A DNA stretch of 56,493 nucleotides from an uncultured Elusimicrobia bacterium (GTDB taxonomy: Bacteria; Elusimicrobiota; Elusimicrobia; Elusimicrobiales; UBA9959): NCBI GenBank assembly GCA_937870775.1, contig CALMZU010000257.1, forward strand, positions 1-56,493. Reading direction: 5' to 3'. Numbering within the stretch: the first letter of the stretch is position 1; every line of letters begins with the position of its first letter. Below are positions 53,076-56,493 of this stretch, piece after piece. A model generated the notes under the pieces. The model was not told the DNA's origin, did no database searches, and saw only the letters and a list, made by a program, of their open reading frames with translations. A program made the position numbers and the translations under genes.

Positions 53076-53818
53076 AGCGCCTCGAAGGCAGGACCGCCCT
53101 GGTCACCGGCGCCGCGCGCGGCATAGGCTACGAGATAGCCCTGATGTTCGCCGCCGAGGGGGCCTCCGTCATGGTGGCCGACCTCTCCGCGGAGGAGTCG
53201 GCGGCGGCCGCCGCGGACATAGCCGCCAAGACCGGCGCGAAGACCGCCGGGCTCGGCCTCAACGTCGCCCGGGAAGAGGACTGCGAGAAGGCCGTCGACG
53301 GTACCGTCGCCGCCTTCGGCAGGCTGGACATCCTCGTGAACAACGCCGGCATCACCAAGGACGGCCTGGTGCTGCGCATGAAGCAGGAAGATTTTTCCGC
53401 GGTCATCGACGTGAACCTGAAGGGCGCGTTCCTGATGGCCAAGGCCGCCTCGAAGTCGATGCTGAAGGCCCGCTCCGGACGCATCATCAACATGGCCTCC
53501 GTCGTCGGGCAGGCAGGCCAGGCCGGCCAGGCCAACTACGCGGCCTCTAAGGCCGGGCTGATAGGCCTGACCAAGTCGCTGGCGCGCGAGTTCGCGCCCA
53601 GGAACGTCCTCGTCAACGCGGTGGCGCCCGGCTTCGTGCGCACGCGCATGACCGACGGTCTCAAGGAAGAGGCCAAGGCGAAGATCTGCGAGATGATACC
53701 GCTCGGCCGCATATGCGAGCCGGCGGAGATCGCTAAAGCCGCGCTGTTCCTGGCCGGCGACGATTCGGCCTACGTCACGGGCCAGGTGCTGGCCGTGAAC
53801 GGCGGCCTTTACATGTGA
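53072..53818 (+). CDS. fabG: 3-oxoacyl-[ACP] reductase
   Basis: 248 aa with 'TGAARGIGYEIA', 'NNAGIT' and 'YAASKAG'. The start overlaps the plsX stop. Confidence 0.85.
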   Translation: MKRLEGRTALVTGAARGIGYEIALMFAAEGASVMVADLSAEESAAAAADIAAKTGAKTAGLGLNVAREEDCEKAVDGTVAAFGRLDILVNNAGITKDGLVLRMKQEDFSAVIDVNLKGAFLMAKAASKSMLKARSGRIINMASVVGQAGQAGQANYAASKAGLIGLTKSLAREFAPRNVLVNAVAPGFVRTRMTDGLKEEAKAKICEMIPLGRICEPAEIAKAALFLAGDDSAYVTGQVLAVNGGLYM

Positions 53819-53854
53819 TTTAGTGGATTCGCAAATAATCAGGAGGGTAACGTA

Positions 53855-54109
53855 ATGGCAGTCACCGAAAACCTGGAAGAAAGAGTCAAGAAGATCATCG
53901 TCGAGCAGCTCGCCGTGGACGCGGCCGAGGTCACCCCGCAGGCCCAGTTCGTTCAGGACCTCGGCGCCGACTCGCTCGACACCGTCGAACTGGTAATGGC
54001 CCTCGAGGAAGAGTTCGACATCGAGATCCCCGACGAGGACGCCGAAAAGATAAGGACCGTCGGCATGGCCATCGACTACATAAAGGAAAAGGCCGGCAAG
54101 AAAGACTGA
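53855..54109 (+). CDS. acpP: Acyl carrier protein
   Basis: 84 aa with '[30 protein letters not shown]'. Confidence 0.95.
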   Translation: MAVTENLEERVKKIIVEQLAVDAAEVTPQAQFVQDLGADSLDTVELVMALEEEFDIEIPDEDAEKIRTVGMAIDYIKEKAGKKD

Positions 54110-54122
54110 CCCGGAACGGGAA

Positions 54123-54809
54123 ATGTCTTCCCTTGAAGAAGTAATAGGGTACAGGTTCAAGGACAAGGGACTCCTCGAGGAGGCGCTGACACACAAGTCG
54201 CACGCCACCGAGCGGGGGACCTCCCGGTACAACGAACGCCTGGAATTCCTCGGCGACAGCGTGCTGGGCCTGACCGTATCCTATTATCTTTTCATCAAGA
54301 ACCCCTCGGAGGACGAGGGGTTCCTTTCTAAGGCCAAGTCCGCCATCGTCTCGCGCGCGAACCTCGCGCGCTGGGCGGAGGCGATAGGGCTGGGCCACCA
54401 CCTTTACCTCGGCGCCGGCGAGCACCTGAGCGGGGGGGCCAAGCGGCACAGCATACTTTCCAACGCCATGGAGGCGGTGCTGGGCGCCGTCTACCTCGAC
54501 GGCGGTCTCGGGCCCGCCGAAAAGATCATAATCCCCTGGCTGGAAGGCCAGGTGCCCGGGCAGCTGGACATAGACCACAAGAGCGCGCTTCAGGAGGCGA
54601 TACAGAAACGCCACAAGCGCCCGCCGGACTACGAGCTGATGAGCGAGACCGGGCCCGAGCACAACAAGCTCTTCACCATCAGGGTATACCTGGGGAAGAA
54701 GACGCTGGGCATAGGCTCCGGCAAGAACAAGAAAGAGGCGCAGCAGTCCGCCGCGAAGAACGCGCTGGACTACCTGGCGACCCACGAGGTGCACCCGCAT
54801 GAACTTTGA
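54123..54809 (+). CDS. rnc: Ribonuclease III with Asn at one metal-binding Asp position
   Basis: 228 aa with the signature 'ERLEFLGDSVL' and a dsRBD at the C-terminus. The second catalytic block reads 'ILSNAMEAVLGAVYLD', where E. coli has 'ILADTVEALIG'. Confidence 0.9.
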   Translation: MSSLEEVIGYRFKDKGLLEEALTHKSHATERGTSRYNERLEFLGDSVLGLTVSYYLFIKNPSEDEGFLSKAKSAIVSRANLARWAEAIGLGHHLYLGAGEHLSGGAKRHSILSNAMEAVLGAVYLDGGLGPAEKIIIPWLEGQVPGQLDIDHKSALQEAIQKRHKRPPDYELMSETGPEHNKLFTIRVYLGKKTLGIGSGKNKKEAQQSAAKNALDYLATHEVHPHEL

Positions 54810-56019
54810 CCTTACCGAGGAGCAGAGGGCCATAGCCGACCTGGCCTACGAGTTCGCGCAGAAAAAGGTGAAGCCGCTGCGCTTCGAGTACGACGAGAAA
54901 GAAGAATACCCGGTACAGGTCCTCGAGGAGATGCGCAAGGTGGACCTGTTCGGCCTCTGGCTGCCGGAGGCCTACGGCGGCGTGGGCGGCGGCGTGGCCA
55001 CGCTGTGCGCCGCGATAGAGCAGCTGGCGCGCGTGGACGCGGCCATAACCATGCCCGTCGCGACCTCGGCCCTCGGCGCGATGCCGATACTCCTTTACGC
55101 CACCGACGAACAGCGCTCCCGCTGGATGCCCGACATCGCCTCCGGCCGCAAGCTGGCCGCCTTCGCGATAACCGAACCCGAGGCCGGCTCCGACGCAACC
55201 GCGCAGAAGACCACCGCGAAGGCCGACGGCGACCACTACGTGATAGACGGCGCCAAGCATTACTGTTCCTCCGGCGGCATCTCCGACCTCTACGTCGTCT
55301 TCGCCTCCACCAACCCGGCCAAGGGCGCCCGCGGCATCACCGCCTTCGTCGTGGACAAGGACACCCCCGGCTTCACGCTGGGCAAGAAGGAGAAGAAGCT
55401 CGGCATAAAGGCCAACCCTACCTACGAGCTCCATTTTGAGGGTTGCCGCGTCCCCGCGGCCAACCGCCTCGGCGGCGAAGGCTTCGGCCTCTTCGTGCTG
55501 CAGGAAACCTTCGATTACTCGCGCCCCGGCGTGGCCGCCCAGGCAGTAGGCATAGCGCAGGGCGCCATCGACGAGACGGTCCCGTACCTGCGCGCCCGAA
55601 AGCAGTTCGGGCAGAGCGTGGCCTCGTTCCAGGCCATCTCGCACCGGCTCGCCGAGCTGGCCGCCAAGGTAGAGGCCGCCCGCGCCCTCACCTACCGCGT
55701 CGCCCGCGGCATGGACTCTACGCTGCTGCCCGCCGTAGCCGCGGCCGTCGCCAACAAGACCCAGGTGCGCCAGGAGCTCAAGAAGCTGCAGACCGCGCGC
55801 TGGACCAAGGAATCCGCGATGGCGAAACTGTTCGCCTCCGACACCGCCTTCGAGACCGCGCAGGAGTGCATCAACCTCTGCGGCGGCATCGGTTTCATGA
55901 GGGACTTCCCCGTCGAAAAGTTCATGCGCGACGCCAAGGTCACGCAGATCTACGAAGGCACCAACCACATACAGAAGAACGAGATAGCCGCGCACCTGAT
56001 CAAAGAATACGCCGGGTAA
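54799..56019 (+). CDS. Acyl-CoA dehydrogenase (short/butyryl-CoA type)
   Basis: 406 aa with 'FAITEPEAGSDA' and the catalytic base in 'IYEGTNHIQ'. The start overlaps the rnc stop by 11 nt. Confidence 0.85.
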   Translation: MNFDLTEEQRAIADLAYEFAQKKVKPLRFEYDEKEEYPVQVLEEMRKVDLFGLWLPEAYGGVGGGVATLCAAIEQLARVDAAITMPVATSALGAMPILLYATDEQRSRWMPDIASGRKLAAFAITEPEAGSDATAQKTTAKADGDHYVIDGAKHYCSSGGISDLYVVFASTNPAKGARGITAFVVDKDTPGFTLGKKEKKLGIKANPTYELHFEGCRVPAANRLGGEGFGLFVLQETFDYSRPGVAAQAVGIAQGAIDETVPYLRARKQFGQSVASFQAISHRLAELAAKVEAARALTYRVARGMDSTLLPAVAAAVANKTQVRQELKKLQTARWTKESAMAKLFASDTAFETAQECINLCGGIGFMRDFPVEKFMRDAKVTQIYEGTNHIQKNEIAAHLIKEYAG

Positions 56020-56022
56020 CCC

Positions 56023-56217
56023 ATGCCGGAGCGCGTCTGCTGCAACACCGAGTTCCTGCCGTTCAGGATGCTCCGTGCCGCGCGGCTGCTGGCCCTCTCG
56101 CTGACCGGCACTGACAGGTACCGAGCCATCATGGCGAGGCCTGAGGCCCTGCTGGCCTGCGCCTGCCGCATATCCTACGCCGCGGCCAGGGGCAGGCCGC
56201 GGAGGAGCAGGCTATGA
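56023..56217 (+). CDS. Hypothetical small protein (64 aa)
   Basis: The ATG lies 3 nt after the ACAD stop, and the stop overlaps the next start (ATGA). The third codon position is GC-rich, like neighbouring genes. No recognisable motif. Confidence 0.35.
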   Translation: MPERVCCNTEFLPFRMLRAARLLALSLTGTDRYRAIMARPEALLACACRISYAAARGRPRRSRL

Positions 56218-56493
56218 GAAAGGACGCGCGCCCGCCGTTCTCCGCCGAGGAATCGGACCGGAGCTTCGAGGGCCTGCAGCTCAAGGGGGCGAAACTCGAG
56301 GGCATCTCGTTCCGTTCCTGCCTTTTCCGCGGTTGCGACCTGACGGCGGCGGAGTTCAGGTCATGCACGCTCAAGGACTGCCGCTTCGAAAGCTGCAACC
56401 TCAGCCTTATGAACCCCGCGAGGTCCTCGTTCCGCGGTACCGCTTTCGCCAGCTGCAAACTGCGCGGCGTCAACTGGACCGGGGCGGCCTGGC
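56214..56493 (+). CDS. Pentapeptide-repeat protein, N-terminal fragment (continues beyond the window)
   Basis: ATG 56214 follows the SD 'ggagga'. My own translation '...AKLEGISFRSCLFRGCDLTAAEFRSCTLKDCRFESCNLSL...' shows a 5-residue periodicity with central F/L. The frame is open to the window end. It is absent from the ORF track. Confidence 0.7.
   Translation, partial: MRKDARPPFSAEESDRSFEGLQLKGAKLEGISFRSCLFRGCDLTAAEFRSCTLKDCRFESCNLSLMNPARSSFRGTAFASCKLRGVNWTGAAW

Noticed and set aside
53500-53535. An apparent tandem 'GQAGQAGQA' repeat in FabG, as a possible slippage insertion.
   Set aside because: An ungapped comparison with the usual 'SVVG..GN.GQANYAASKAG' block shows the same length, so it is a substitution pattern and not an indel.
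56129-56473. A minus-strand 114-aa ORF opposite the pentapeptide-repeat gene, and 55950..56171 (73 aa).
   Set aside because: The plus strand shows clean 5-residue periodicity and an SD-preceded ATG. The minus-strand translations are Arg/Ser/Ala-rich shadows.

Overview
Densely coding, GC-rich (judged by eye, not computed) chromosomal segment that looks like an anaerobic, fermentative bacterium. The phylum cannot be assigned from this window. I support about 58 protein genes and 2 tRNAs. I saw no rRNA, CRISPR array, transposase, integrase or phage genes.

Gene content, left to right:
- hydG (3' fragment), hydE and hydF, the [FeFe]-hydrogenase maturases.
- A 10-gene lysine-fermentation operon: CoA-transferase A/B, kce, kdd, kamA, a P-loop protein, a MutS-domain-V ATPase, kamD, kamE, and a class-III aminotransferase where the usual 3-aminobutyryl-CoA ammonia-lyase would sit.
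- A YihY-family membrane protein, a GT4 glycosyltransferase and a stand-alone receiver domain.
- A 4-subunit 2-oxoacid:ferredoxin oxidoreductase.
- A heterodimeric ABC exporter.
- A secreted Zn-phospholipase-C-like protein.
- AEC, YidE/YbjL, AmpG-like MFS and CDF transporters.
- A 59-aa ferredoxin that is absent from the ORF track.
- A maltodextrin-type ABC importer.
- A DUF2914 protein and a methyltransferase.
- ackA with a C-terminal extension.
- A translationally coupled five-gene operon of unknown function (DUF885, ABC ATPase, ABC-2 permease, TPR-like protein with a His5 tract, GT4).
- lon, clpP, tig, tRNA-Leu(TAG) and tRNA-Lys(CTT).
- A SpoIID/LytB-GT4-GT2 envelope operon.
- yceD-rpmF-plsX-fabG-acpP-rnc, overlapped at its end by an acyl-CoA dehydrogenase.
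- A small ORF and a partial pentapeptide-repeat gene.

I did not find a clear-cut new defence or mobile system. The observations I rate highest are:
1. The DUF885/ABC-2/His5/GT operon.
2. A recurrent TAGAAT-type -10 box 6-8 nt upstream of ATG with no Shine-Dalgarno, suggesting leaderless mRNAs, at eight genes.
3. A ClpP with Asn in place of the catalytic Asp and no adjacent clpX, plus an RNase III with Asn at a metal-binding Asp.
4. The aminotransferase-type lysine pathway variant and its P-loop/MutS-like pair.
5. A repeat-bearing structured spacer between hydG and hydE.
6. Heavy use of ATA-Ile codons despite the GC-rich background.

All functional calls rest on motif and family recognition by eye. 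No database search was run.
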